Shown one piece after another: positions 14,305 through 22,971 of a stretch of DNA of 48,710 bases. Each line of letters begins with the position of its first letter. Position 1 is the stretch's first letter. This DNA comes from Candidatus Aminicenantes bacterium (GTDB taxonomy: Bacteria > Acidobacteriota > Aminicenantia > Aminicenantales > Aminicenantaceae), in the NCBI GenBank assembly GCA_014859315.1, contig JACUUK010000003.1:1-48710 (forward strand). The letters run 5' to 3'. The position numbers and the translations under genes were made by a program. Below the pieces are notes generated by a model. It made no database searches and was not told where the DNA came from. It was given only the letters and a program-made list of their open reading frames with translations.

Positions 14305-15381
14305 TTATAAATAATCAATCTTCCCTTTTTTCTTGATTTTTTCGAAAACTTCTTTTACCTTTTGATCCTGGTCTTTATGGCAGATAAGAAGAGCATCTTC
14401 TGTGTCTACCACAATTAGGTCTTTGACTCCGACTAAAGCTGTGAGTTTGGATGGATTATGAACGAGACAGTTTTTAGAATCGATAGTTATGGCCTCTGTT
14501 CTAATGGCATTTCCCTGATTGTCTTTTTGCCAGATTTCCGAAAGCGAAGACCAAACGCCGACATCTGACCAGCCGAAATTTCCTTCACACATCAAGACTC
14601 CTTTTGCCTTTTCCATGAGGGCATAGTCGACAGAGATAGAAGGAATCTCGTCGAATATCTTTTCAAGTTTTTTGATGTCATTTTTATTCAAAGCATCGAG
14701 AATTTTTTCCCAGTACATATACATCGTTGGGGCATAATGTTTAAGTTTTTTTGCAAACACTTCGGCTTTCCATATAAACATTCCTGAGTTCCAAAAATAA
14801 TTTCCTGCCTGCAAAAATGATTTTGCATGTTCATAATCGGGTTTTTCCTTGAACCTCTCGACAGAATAGAACTTTTCTCCAGAAAATCTTAGAGGGTTTT
14901 CAGTCAAAAATTGGATATAGCCATAGCCAGTCGAAGGATGTGCTGGGGGAATACCAAACGTTATCAAGTATTCTCCTTGAGATGCGGCAGCCGCGCCAGC
15001 CTCCAGTTTTTTCAGGAAAAGAGACGTGTCTCTAATCAGGTGGTCAGCTGGAAGTGCCGCTACTACGGATTCAGGGTTTTGGAGATAGATTTTAGCTGTT
15101 GCCAGAATAAGAGAAGGAGCAGTGTTTTTCCCTTTTGGCTCGACGAGAAGGTTTTCTTTGGGGAGTTCTGGAAGAAGTTCCTTTATCAGCTTTGTGTGTT
15201 CAGAGTTGGCGATCGTGAAGATATTGCAAGTTGCAATTAGTGGCAAGAGGCGTGAAACAGTTTCTTCAATCATCGTCCTGTTGCTTATGATGGGTAGAAA
15301 CTGCTTGGGTTTTTTTATCCGGCTCAATGGCCAGAAACGGGTGCCTGTCCCTCCTGCCATGATTAATGCAATAATATCCAT
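14305..15381 (-). CDS. manC: Mannose-1-phosphate guanylyltransferase
   Basis: MAGGTGTRFWPLSR, PKQFL, EPKGKNTAP, TGYGYI, FKEKP, WNSGMF, SVDYALME, WSDVG. Confidence 0.94.
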   Translation of the reverse strand: MDIIALIMAGGTGTRFWPLSRIKKPKQFLPIISNRTMIEETVSRLLPLIATCNIFTIANSEHTKLIKELLPELPKENLLVEPKGKNTAPSLILATAKIYLQNPESVVAALPADHLIRDTSLFLKKLEAGAAAASQGEYLITFGIPPAHPSTGYGYIQFLTENPLRFSGEKFYSVERFKEKPDYEHAKSFLQAGNYFWNSGMFIWKAEVFAKKLKHYAPTMYMYWEKILDALNKNDIKKLEKIFDEIPSISVDYALMEKAKGVLMCEGNFGWSDVGVWSSLSEIWQKDNQGNAIRTEAITIDSKNCLVHNPSKLTALVGVKDLIVVDTEDALLICHKDQDQKVKEVFEKIKKKGKIDYL

Positions 15382-15517
15382 TGAGACATCTCCTTACCTG
15401 AATTATTCATAAATTATGCCGACACCAATATTTATTTTCCATGATATCTGCCATTTACATTGATTTTTCCTTCAGTATAACATTCAATTCTTTTCCCATG
15501 TGCTTCTTTTCCTTTAT

Positions 15518-15618
15518 GTCGGCATTCTTTACCCTTCGGGCGAGCCGATCTGACGACCACAGCTGCATACCCTGGGCCTCGCATCCGCAGCAACCTCGAC
15601 TCGTGAATAATCCAGGCT
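15518..15618. repeat. GC-rich structured intergenic element (MITE-like remnant or cis-RNA)
   Basis: Nested stems on the minus strand (CGAGUCGA/UCGGCUCG, GCUGC/GCAGC, AUGC/GUAU); C(UUCG)G loop on the plus strand at 15532-15540; AT-rich flanks. Confidence 0.45.
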
Positions 15619-15627
15619 CATGAATTC

Positions 15628-16422
15628 TTATATCACAAATGATAAAATTAAGGCCACAATACCTGCAATAAAGCAATAAAATGAAAAGACATAAAATTTT
15701 CCTTTCTGTACAAGGTTAGCCAGAAAAACAAGAGCAAAATATCCGAACACCGAAGCGACAAAGGTTCCGGTTAATAACAAACCCCATGGCTGTGAAGCCC
15801 CATCATTTTTTTGGAGCTGGAATAAGCATGCACCAAGTATAGCAGGAATAGAAAGAAGGAAGGAAAAACGAGCAGACTCTCTTCTATTCCAGCCCAAGAG
15901 AAGCGCTCCCCCGATAGTGAATCCAGACCGGGAGAAACCAGGGACAATTGCTAATCCTTGCAGAAATCCGATAAGAAGCGGATGGAGGATAATATTTTTT
16001 GGCCTTTCTTTTGAATTTTTTGTGATGAAAAGGAAAGCCCCGGTAACCATCAATGCTCCTCCTACAGCCTTCAAAGAGTTGAACAAAGATTCGAAGAAAT
16101 CACTGAATGTATAACCTATCAGTGCTGTTGGAATAGATGCCAGAATTAGGGAAAATATGACCTTCAGGTTTGGGTCTGACAGATGTTTTTTAGGATTGAA
16201 ACAAAATCGAAAGAAACTTTGGATTAGGTCAAAAATATCCTTTCGAAGAAAAATAAACAGCGAGCACAGAGTTCCTGCATGAAGCATTGCATCAACAAAC
16301 ACTCGAGGTCCTTGAAGTCTGAAAAGATTCTGGAAAATGACCAGATGTCCTGAACTGCTTACAGGGAGAAATTCTGTCAATCCCTGGATAATTCCTAAAA
16401 TGATGATTTCGAATAGACTCAA
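15628..16422 (-). CDS. uppP: Undecaprenyl-diphosphatase (BacA)
   Basis: GIIQGLTEFLPVSSSGH, PGFSRSG, ARFSFLLSIPAI; multiple TM segments. Confidence 0.96.
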   Translation of the reverse strand: MSLFEIIILGIIQGLTEFLPVSSSGHLVIFQNLFRLQGPRVFVDAMLHAGTLCSLFIFLRKDIFDLIQSFFRFCFNPKKHLSDPNLKVIFSLILASIPTALIGYTFSDFFESLFNSLKAVGGALMVTGAFLFITKNSKERPKNIILHPLLIGFLQGLAIVPGFSRSGFTIGGALLLGWNRRESARFSFLLSIPAILGACLFQLQKNDGASQPWGLLLTGTFVASVFGYFALVFLANLVQKGKFYVFSFYCFIAGIVALILSFVI

Positions 16423-17789
16423 GAGTTTTCTAACCCCTGGATAACCTTCTCGATTGTCTTTTCGACATCTTTTCGTATTGCGTCTAAATCATCCTTGGTA
16501 TCCGCTTCAAAGCGTAACACTAGAACTTCCTGTGTGTTGGATGCCCGTACTAAAGCCCAACCTTTCGGATAGAGAGCGCGGACGCCATCTATATCAATTA
16601 CCTGGTGTTTTTTGGAAAGTTCATCTTTCACCTGTTCTACGATTTTAAATTTCACTTCATCTGACGCATAAATCCTGATTTCAGGAGTGCTGTAGGTCTT
16701 GGGGAGGTCAGAGAACATCTGAGAGATTTTTTGATTGCTTCTGGAAAGGATTTCAAGCAAGCGAGCAGAGGAATAAATGGCGTCATCAAAGCCAAACCAC
16801 TTGTCTGCAAAAAAGATATGGCCGCTCATTTCTCCAGCGAGGATTGCATTTTCGTCTTGGATCTTTTTTTTGATTAAGGAATGACCTGCCTTCCACATGA
16901 TTGGCCTGCCTCCTAACCTTTCGATTTCTTCATAAAGCACCTTAGAAGCTTTGACTTCCGAAATAATAGTAGCTCCAGGATAAGAAGGAAGAAGTTCGCG
17001 GCAAAAAAGAATCATAAGTTTATCTCCCCAGATTATATCGCCCATATCATCGATTACGCCTATTCGGTCTCCATCCCCGTCATAAGCAATTCCGCAATCT
17101 GCCTGTGATTCTTTGACAGTCCTTATGATATCTTTAAGAGCTTCAGGAAGTGTTGGGTCAGGATGATGGTTAGGAAAATGACCGTCCATCTCACAATAAA
17201 GTTCAATGACATCGCAGCCCAGCTTTTTAAATATTGGAACAGCTATGACCCCGGCTGTGCCATTTCCAGCATCAACAACAATTTTTAGTTTCCTTTGGAG
17301 GGAGATGTTTTTTAGCACATATTCCTTATATTCTGGAATGATATTATATGATTGGATTGAGGCGCCATCCTTTTTTGCGAAGTCGTTGCTTTGTATGATC
17401 TTATATATCTGCTGTATGGATTCTCCAAAGAGAGTTTCTTTGCCAACCATCATTTTAAAGCCATTGTATTCAGGTGGGTTGTGTGAGCCAGTGATCATCA
17501 CGCCGGCCGAAATGTTTTTGGTATATATGGCAAAATAGAGAATTGGTGTTGGGATAGTCCCTAAATCGATTATACTGCATCCTGTCGAACGAATCCCTTT
17601 TATAAGCGCTTCGGAAAAAGCAGGAGAGCTGAGTCGGCAATCTTTGCCGATTGCAACCTCCTTACACGCGTTTCTTCGAAAATAAGTGCCAATGCCTTTC
17701 CCTAATATTTCGACTGTTCCCGGTGTTAAATCTCTATCTACAATTCCCCTTATATCATATTGCCTGAAGATTTCCTGTTTGAGTTTCAC
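16419..17789 (-). CDS. Phosphomannomutase/phosphoglucomutase (AlgC type)
   Basis: FRQYDIRG, TGSHNP, DGDGDR, GEMSGH, VRASNT. Confidence 0.95.
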   Translation of the reverse strand: MKLKQEIFRQYDIRGIVDRDLTPGTVEILGKGIGTYFRRNACKEVAIGKDCRLSSPAFSEALIKGIRSTGCSIIDLGTIPTPILYFAIYTKNISAGVMITGSHNPPEYNGFKMMVGKETLFGESIQQIYKIIQSNDFAKKDGASIQSYNIIPEYKEYVLKNISLQRKLKIVVDAGNGTAGVIAVPIFKKLGCDVIELYCEMDGHFPNHHPDPTLPEALKDIIRTVKESQADCGIAYDGDGDRIGVIDDMGDIIWGDKLMILFCRELLPSYPGATIISEVKASKVLYEEIERLGGRPIMWKAGHSLIKKKIQDENAILAGEMSGHIFFADKWFGFDDAIYSSARLLEILSRSNQKISQMFSDLPKTYSTPEIRIYASDEVKFKIVEQVKDELSKKHQVIDIDGVRALYPKGWALVRASNTQEVLVLRFEADTKDDLDAIRKDVEKTIEKVIQGLENS

Positions 17790-17839
17790 TTAAATCCTCC
17801 CTCTTGAGATTAAAATATAATCTATGCCGGTTTAAAATT

Positions 17840-18382
17840 TTATTTTAATGTAATTCCTTTTAGATTTTTTGCAGTGTTCTTGATTGATTCCCATTTATCC
17901 TGGGCTTCAAGGATGAATTCGATGAATTCCCGGACTGCTCCTTTTCCCCCTGGATTTGTGCATATGAAGTGACTGTGTTTTTTTATCTCATGGTGGGCAT
18001 CCGCGACAGCTCCTGCAAATCCCACAGATTGGATAACTTCCAAATCTCCTAAATCATCACCTATATAGGCGATTTCTTCTAATTTCAGTGTGTGTTTCTG
18101 TAAGATTTCGAGTAAAACTGTCTTTTTATCAAGAATTCCCTGGTATAATTCAACGATTTTTAACAATTGGGCACGTTTTTCCAGTGATTTAGAAGTTTTT
18201 CCAGTGATGATTCCTGTTTTTAATCCTGCAAGCCGAGCAAGCAGGATACCCATTCCATCTCTGACATTATAAGACTTTAGCTCTTTCCCGTCAGGAAGAA
18301 CAAGGATTGCCCCATCAGTAAGGGTTCCATCTACATCCATAAGAATCATTTTGATTTTTTGTGCTCTTTTTGTTGGTTCCAT
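17840..18382 (-). CDS. kdsC: KDO 8-phosphate phosphatase
   Basis: HAD motifs DVDGTLTDG, YIGDDLGD, GGKGAVRE; start moved to the ATG at 18382, giving a TAATG overlap with kdsD. Confidence 0.92.
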   Translation of the reverse strand: MEPTKRAQKIKMILMDVDGTLTDGAILVLPDGKELKSYNVRDGMGILLARLAGLKTGIITGKTSKSLEKRAQLLKIVELYQGILDKKTVLLEILQKHTLKLEEIAYIGDDLGDLEVIQSVGFAGAVADAHHEIKKHSHFICTNPGGKGAVREFIEFILEAQDKWESIKNTAKNLKGITLK

Positions 18383-19353
18383 TAAAACATCTCCGTTCTC
18401 CATAAATCATGAAGGTGTATTATGCCTTCGATTTTCTTGTCCTTGTTTGTGATAACAAGAGACGTAATTTTATGCTCTTCCATGATGTTAAGGGCCTTAG
18501 TGGCTAAATCTTCCTTTTCTACGGTGATGGGATTAGGAGTCATGCAATCTTGCGCTGATTTGTACATCAAACTTTCCCCGAATTTTTGGAGCATCCTTCT
18601 TAGATCCCCATCTGTTATAACCCCAACGATTTTTTCTTGTTTGTTGACAACACAGGTCATCCCCAATTTTTTCCTCGACATTTCCTTTAACACATGATTC
18701 ATTGGAGTATCGAGAGAGACACAGGGTATTTGCTGGCCTTTGTGCATGAGGTTTTTTATTTTTAAAAGTTTTTTCCCTATTTGGCCTTTTGGATGGACAA
18801 ATGCAAAATCTTCTTCGTTAAAACCTTTTTCTTTCATAAGTGCAATTGCCAAAGCGTCGCCAAGAGCTAAGGCAGCAGTTGAACTGGCAGTAGGAATTAA
18901 TCCGCTTGATTCAGCTTCTTTTTCGACTTTAGCATCTAAAACAATATCGCTATACTTAGCGATTTTAGAATTTTTATTACCAGTGATGCAGATGAGCTTT
19001 ATTCCAATCCGTTTTATAAAATCGAGAAGGCCTACAATTTCTTTTGTCTCGCCGCTGTAGGATATGGCAAGAAGAATATCGTTTTTGATAATCATCCCCA
19101 GATCTCCATGGCCGGCTTCTGCAGGATGGATAAACATGGCAGGAGTGCCGCAGCTTGCTAATGTTGCTGCTATTTTGCGGCCAACAAGGCCTGATTTTCC
19201 CATGCCAGTTACAATCACCCGGGACTTTGCATTAGATAGCAATTCAACGGCCTGGACAAAACTTTCATCCAGATGCAATGACAGATCGTTTACTGCTTTT
19301 GCTTCGATTTCTAAAACTTGTTTTCCGATTTGGATAATTCTATCTTTTCTCAT
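18382..19353 (-). CDS. kdsD: Arabinose 5-phosphate isomerase (SIS + CBS)
   Basis: GMGKSG, HPAEAGHGDLG, SYSGET, TDGDLRR, HLHDL. Confidence 0.95.
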   Translation of the reverse strand: MRKDRIIQIGKQVLEIEAKAVNDLSLHLDESFVQAVELLSNAKSRVIVTGMGKSGLVGRKIAATLASCGTPAMFIHPAEAGHGDLGMIIKNDILLAISYSGETKEIVGLLDFIKRIGIKLICITGNKNSKIAKYSDIVLDAKVEKEAESSGLIPTASSTAALALGDALAIALMKEKGFNEEDFAFVHPKGQIGKKLLKIKNLMHKGQQIPCVSLDTPMNHVLKEMSRKKLGMTCVVNKQEKIVGVITDGDLRRMLQKFGESLMYKSAQDCMTPNPITVEKEDLATKALNIMEEHKITSLVITNKDKKIEGIIHLHDLWRTEMF

Positions 19354-19369
19354 GTTGAGATATTATACC

Positions 19370-20218
19370 TCAATCTAAAGAATTATTCCTGCTTAATGCA
19401 GATTTTAATTGACAGAGCGATGAGAGTAAAACATGTAACTCATTTAAATACAACGAGTTATGTTTATCTGACAGAGCTTGTGGAGGATTGTCATGTATTT
19501 CAAGGAAGACTCCATCAGCGCCGACACTGACTCCGGCTTTAGCTATATAAGGGATGAATTCTGCATCCCCTCCAGAAGAAGCTCCTTGTCCTCCAGGCTT
19601 TTGAACACTGTGAGAGGCATCGATTACAACAGGAAAACCCAACCTCTTCATGATTGGAATTGAGCGAATATCAAAAACTAAATTATTATAACCAAAAAAA
19701 GTGCCTCTTTCCGTGATGATGATATTATCATTTTTCTGGCTGAGAATTTTATCTATAACATTTTTCATGTCATAGGGGGATAAAAATTGGCCTTTTTTGA
19801 TGTTCAAAGGCTTCTGTGTTTGAGCTGCTGCCAAGATTAAATCTGTTTGCCGGCACAGGAAAGCAGGAATTTGAATAACATCTAAAACCTCTGCGGCTTT
19901 TTCGACTTGAGCGGTTTCGTGGACATCAGATAGGATTGGGACTCCAAGTTCCTTTTTGATGTGATTGAGGATATCAAGGCCTTTTTCAAGCCCTGGACCT
20001 CTGAAGGAAGAGATTGAAGACCTGTTTGCTTTGTCATAAGAGGCTTTAAAGATAAAAGGGATTTTAAGATGGTCGCAGATTTTTTTAATTTCCCGGGCTA
20101 AAAAGAATGTATGTTTATGGGTTTCAATAACACAGGGGCCCCCTATCAAGAAAAAGGAGTTAGGCCCTCCGATTTTAACGTTATTAATGAGTTTTATTTC
20201 TTTTGCAACGGTAGTCAT
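19370..20218 (-). CDS. kdsA: KDO 8-phosphate synthase
   Basis: GPCVIE, KASYDKANRSS, QIPAFLCRQTDL, KKGQFLSP, DASHSVQ; ATG at 20218 has a GGAG RBS. Confidence 0.96.
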   Translation of the reverse strand: MTTVAKEIKLINNVKIGGPNSFFLIGGPCVIETHKHTFFLAREIKKICDHLKIPFIFKASYDKANRSSISSFRGPGLEKGLDILNHIKKELGVPILSDVHETAQVEKAAEVLDVIQIPAFLCRQTDLILAAAQTQKPLNIKKGQFLSPYDMKNVIDKILSQKNDNIIITERGTFFGYNNLVFDIRSIPIMKRLGFPVVIDASHSVQKPGGQGASSGGDAEFIPYIAKAGVSVGADGVFLEIHDNPPQALSDKHNSLYLNELHVLLSSLCQLKSALSRNNSLD

Positions 20219-20238
20219 AGCTAACTCCAATAAAATCT

Positions 20239-20961
20239 TTAATTTGACACTGTCTTTAAAATATCTTCGACCTTGAGTATATCCTGTGGGGAGTCCACGC
20301 TCAAGGTCTTAAAAGGAGTTTCGACCACTTTTATCTTGTATCCGTTCTCAAGAATTCTAAGCTGTTCCAATTTTTCTGTTTTTTCAAGCCTGGATTCAGG
20401 TAGTTGGCCAAATTTAAGAAGAAAATCCCTTTGATAACCATAGATTCCGATGTGCTGTAAGAAGTAGTCTGTGGGCTGGAATGGAAGAGGAGACCTGGAA
20501 AAATACAGGGCAAAATCGTTTTTATCTGTCACAACTTTAACGATATTTTTATCATCAATAAGGGTGAAGTCTTTTATCTTGGTTGCCAGAGTCGCCACAG
20601 CTATGTTTTCATCTTGCAAGGCTATAATTAAATCGTCGATCATTTGCCCTTGAAGAAGAGGTTCGTCCCCTTGGATATTGATTATTATTGGACACTGGAT
20701 TTTCTCTGCAATTTCAGCTACTCGTTCTGTACCGGAATTATGTTGGGATGATGTCATCCAGACATCGGCACCGAATGCCTGGGCAGCATGAAAAATTTTT
20801 TCATCGTCTGTAGCTATTATGATTTGCTCACAAAGGGTCGCTTTTTTTGCCTGCTCATAGACTCTTTGTATCATGGGCTTGCCGTGGATAAGAGCGAGAG
20901 GCTTTCCAGGGAACCTTTGAGAGCTATGTCTTGCAGGGATAACACCAGTGGCAAGGTTCAC
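20239..20961 (-). CDS. kdsB: 3-deoxy-manno-octulosonate cytidylyltransferase
   Basis: IPARHSSQRFPGKPL, SGTER, NIQGDEP, YFSRSPLP, HIGIYGY, EKLEQLR. Confidence 0.96.
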   Translation of the reverse strand: MNLATGVIPARHSSQRFPGKPLALIHGKPMIQRVYEQAKKATLCEQIIIATDDEKIFHAAQAFGADVWMTSSQHNSGTERVAEIAEKIQCPIIINIQGDEPLLQGQMIDDLIIALQDENIAVATLATKIKDFTLIDDKNIVKVVTDKNDFALYFSRSPLPFQPTDYFLQHIGIYGYQRDFLLKFGQLPESRLEKTEKLEQLRILENGYKIKVVETPFKTLSVDSPQDILKVEDILKTVSN

Positions 20962-21374
20962 GATTCATTTCCTAAGTCTGCTTTATCTTTTTTAATGTTA
21001 AGTTTTTCGGGCGTGATAGAGATAGCACCATTGGTTGTCTGGCAGCTTGCCTCAAGATAAGCCCCTTCTTCTACAATTAATTTCGGAGTGGCAATTGTTC
21101 CAATCACTCTGCCGCTGGAGGTTATTTCGACTCTTTCAGAGGCAATAATGTTCCCTTTGACTTCGCCACTGATAACTATGTTGGCAACCTTTATGTCTGC
21201 ATCGACTTTTCCGCTGTCTCCAACAACAAGCGTTGAATCAGAATCAATTTTTCCTTTGAAACGTCCATCAATCCTGAAAGACCCTTTAAAATTCAAATCG
21301 CCTTTCATCTCTGTGTTTTCATCAAAAAAACCAGTGATTTTATCTTCATCTATACCTCTTTTTTTGTCTTTCAT
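20958..21374 (-). CDS. Bactofilin (polymer-forming cytoskeletal protein)
   Basis: Beta-helix repeats MKGDLNFKGSFRIDGRFKGKI, VISGEVKGNI, VIGTIATPKLIVEEGA. Confidence 0.92.
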   Translation of the reverse strand: MKDKKRGIDEDKITGFFDENTEMKGDLNFKGSFRIDGRFKGKIDSDSTLVVGDSGKVDADIKVANIVISGEVKGNIIASERVEITSSGRVIGTIATPKLIVEEGAYLEASCQTTNGAISITPEKLNIKKDKADLGNES

Positions 21375-22219
21375 TGGCTGACTCCTTTAATTTTTTCATA
21401 GATTTGATTTAGCTCATCTAATGAAAAATAATAGATTTTTACAATCCCCCTGTTTTGATTGCCGGAGATAGAAACTTTTGTGCCTAAAGCTTTAAGGAAT
21501 TCTTCCTGGAGAGCAAGTAAATCTGGGTCAATTGGTTCAGCTTCTTTTGTTTTAGGCATTGCCTTGATTTTATTTACTCTTTTTTCCACGTCTCGAACAG
21601 ACAGGTTATTTTTATGAATCAATCGAGCAAGAGCGATCTGTTGTTCAGAATCTTCAATAGGAATCAATGCTCTTGCATGGCCCATCGAAATTTTGTCGTC
21701 TGCAAGAAAATCCTGGACATCCTTAGGGAGCTTTAATAGGCGTAAATAATTTGCCACGGATGCCCTGTCCTTTCCTACCCTATCCGCAATTTCTTGTTGT
21801 GTGTAATTAAGCTCTTTAGTCATTCTTTGATAGGCAAGAGCAATTTCTAAAGGATTCAAGTCTTCTCTTTGAAGGTTTTCAATAAGAGAAATCTCAAGAT
21901 ATCTGTCTTTAGAAAGAGAGCGAATGAGAGCCGGGATTTTTTTGAGCCCGATTTTTTGGGCAGCACGCCACCGTCGTTCGCCTAAAATGATCTTGTAATA
22001 GCCTCCTTCAGCAGTAACAACGATCGGCTGGAGCACCCCGGATTCTTGAATAGAACGAGCAAGCTCGTCAATCGAATCAGATTTAAAGTTTAATCTCGGT
22101 TGAAGAGGATTAGGCTTGATTTTTTCAATGTCGAGTTCAATATACCTCTCTTCCTTTAAGATTCCATAGTCTTCTGGCAAAAAAGCTTGTAAGCCTTTTC
22201 CCAATGCTTTCTTTTTCAT
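21371..22219 (-). CDS. parB: Chromosome partitioning CTPase ParB
   Basis: KKALGKGL, PNPLQPR, GERRWRA, ENLQREDL, HTH region RASVANYLRLL, GHARAL. Confidence 0.97.
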   Translation of the reverse strand: MKKKALGKGLQAFLPEDYGILKEERYIELDIEKIKPNPLQPRLNFKSDSIDELARSIQESGVLQPIVVTAEGGYYKIILGERRWRAAQKIGLKKIPALIRSLSKDRYLEISLIENLQREDLNPLEIALAYQRMTKELNYTQQEIADRVGKDRASVANYLRLLKLPKDVQDFLADDKISMGHARALIPIEDSEQQIALARLIHKNNLSVRDVEKRVNKIKAMPKTKEAEPIDPDLLALQEEFLKALGTKVSISGNQNRGIVKIYYFSLDELNQIYEKIKGVSQ

Positions 22220-22971
22220 TTCTTTAGTATCTCCTCGGCTAAATTTAGGTAGGATTCTGCTCCTTTTGATTTGATATCATACAGGAGAATGGGTTTACCA
22301 AAACTGGGAGCTTCAGCAAGTTTTACAGTTCGAGGAATAATCACTTCATAGGTTATTTTATTTAAGGATTGGCGAATTTCTGCAGCAACCTGCTTAGAGA
22401 GGTTTGTTCGCTCATCAAACATTGTCAAAAGGATTCCCTCGATAGCAAGGGAAGGATTCAAGCATCTTCGAACTTCATCAAGCGTGCGAAACAAGTCAGG
22501 AATTCCTTCCATACAAAAAAACTCGGTCTGAATGGGAATCAAAACAGAATCGGCAGCAGTAAGGGCATTGATTGTTAGAAATCCGAGTGAGGGCGGGCAA
22601 TCGATGAGAATGAAGTGGTAAAATTTATTTATTTTTTCTAATGCGAACCGCAATCTTTTTTCTCTTTGTTCCTGGTTGAAGATTTCTGCTTCAAAGCCGG
22701 TTAACTCAGGAGAACAAGGACATAGATAGAGGTTGTCAAGTTCAGTGGGCTTGATAAAGTCCATCAAGTAGCTTCCGTTCATGAGAGAGGGGTAGACCCC
22801 CATTTTTTCTTCTTTTGGCTGCCCGAGACCAATAGTGGCCATCCCTTGAGGGTCAAAATCGATAATGAGAACTCTTCTTCCTTTTATTGCTAAGGATGCG
22901 GAGAGATTAATAGCTGTTGTGGTTTTCCCAACGCCTCCTTTTTGGTTTGCAATCGCAATAATTCTATTCAT
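22216..22971 (-). CDS. parA: Chromosome partitioning ATPase ParA/Soj
   Basis: [33 protein letters not shown]; true start is MNRII at 22971 because the ORF-track extension MFHVKH is the translated parS site. Confidence 0.96.
   Translation of the reverse strand: MNRIIAIANQKGGVGKTTTAINLSASLAIKGRRVLIIDFDPQGMATIGLGQPKEEKMGVYPSLMNGSYLMDFIKPTELDNLYLCPCSPELTGFEAEIFNQEQREKRLRFALEKINKFYHFILIDCPPSLGFLTINALTAADSVLIPIQTEFFCMEGIPDLFRTLDEVRRCLNPSLAIEGILLTMFDERTNLSKQVAAEIRQSLNKITYEVIIPRTVKLAEAPSFGKPILLYDIKSKGAESYLNLAEEILKK

Noticed and set aside
15441-15676. Short ORFs 15441-15623 (+) and 15455-15676 (-)
   Set aside because: No recognisable motif or RBS; one overlaps uppP and both are explained by the GC-rich structured element
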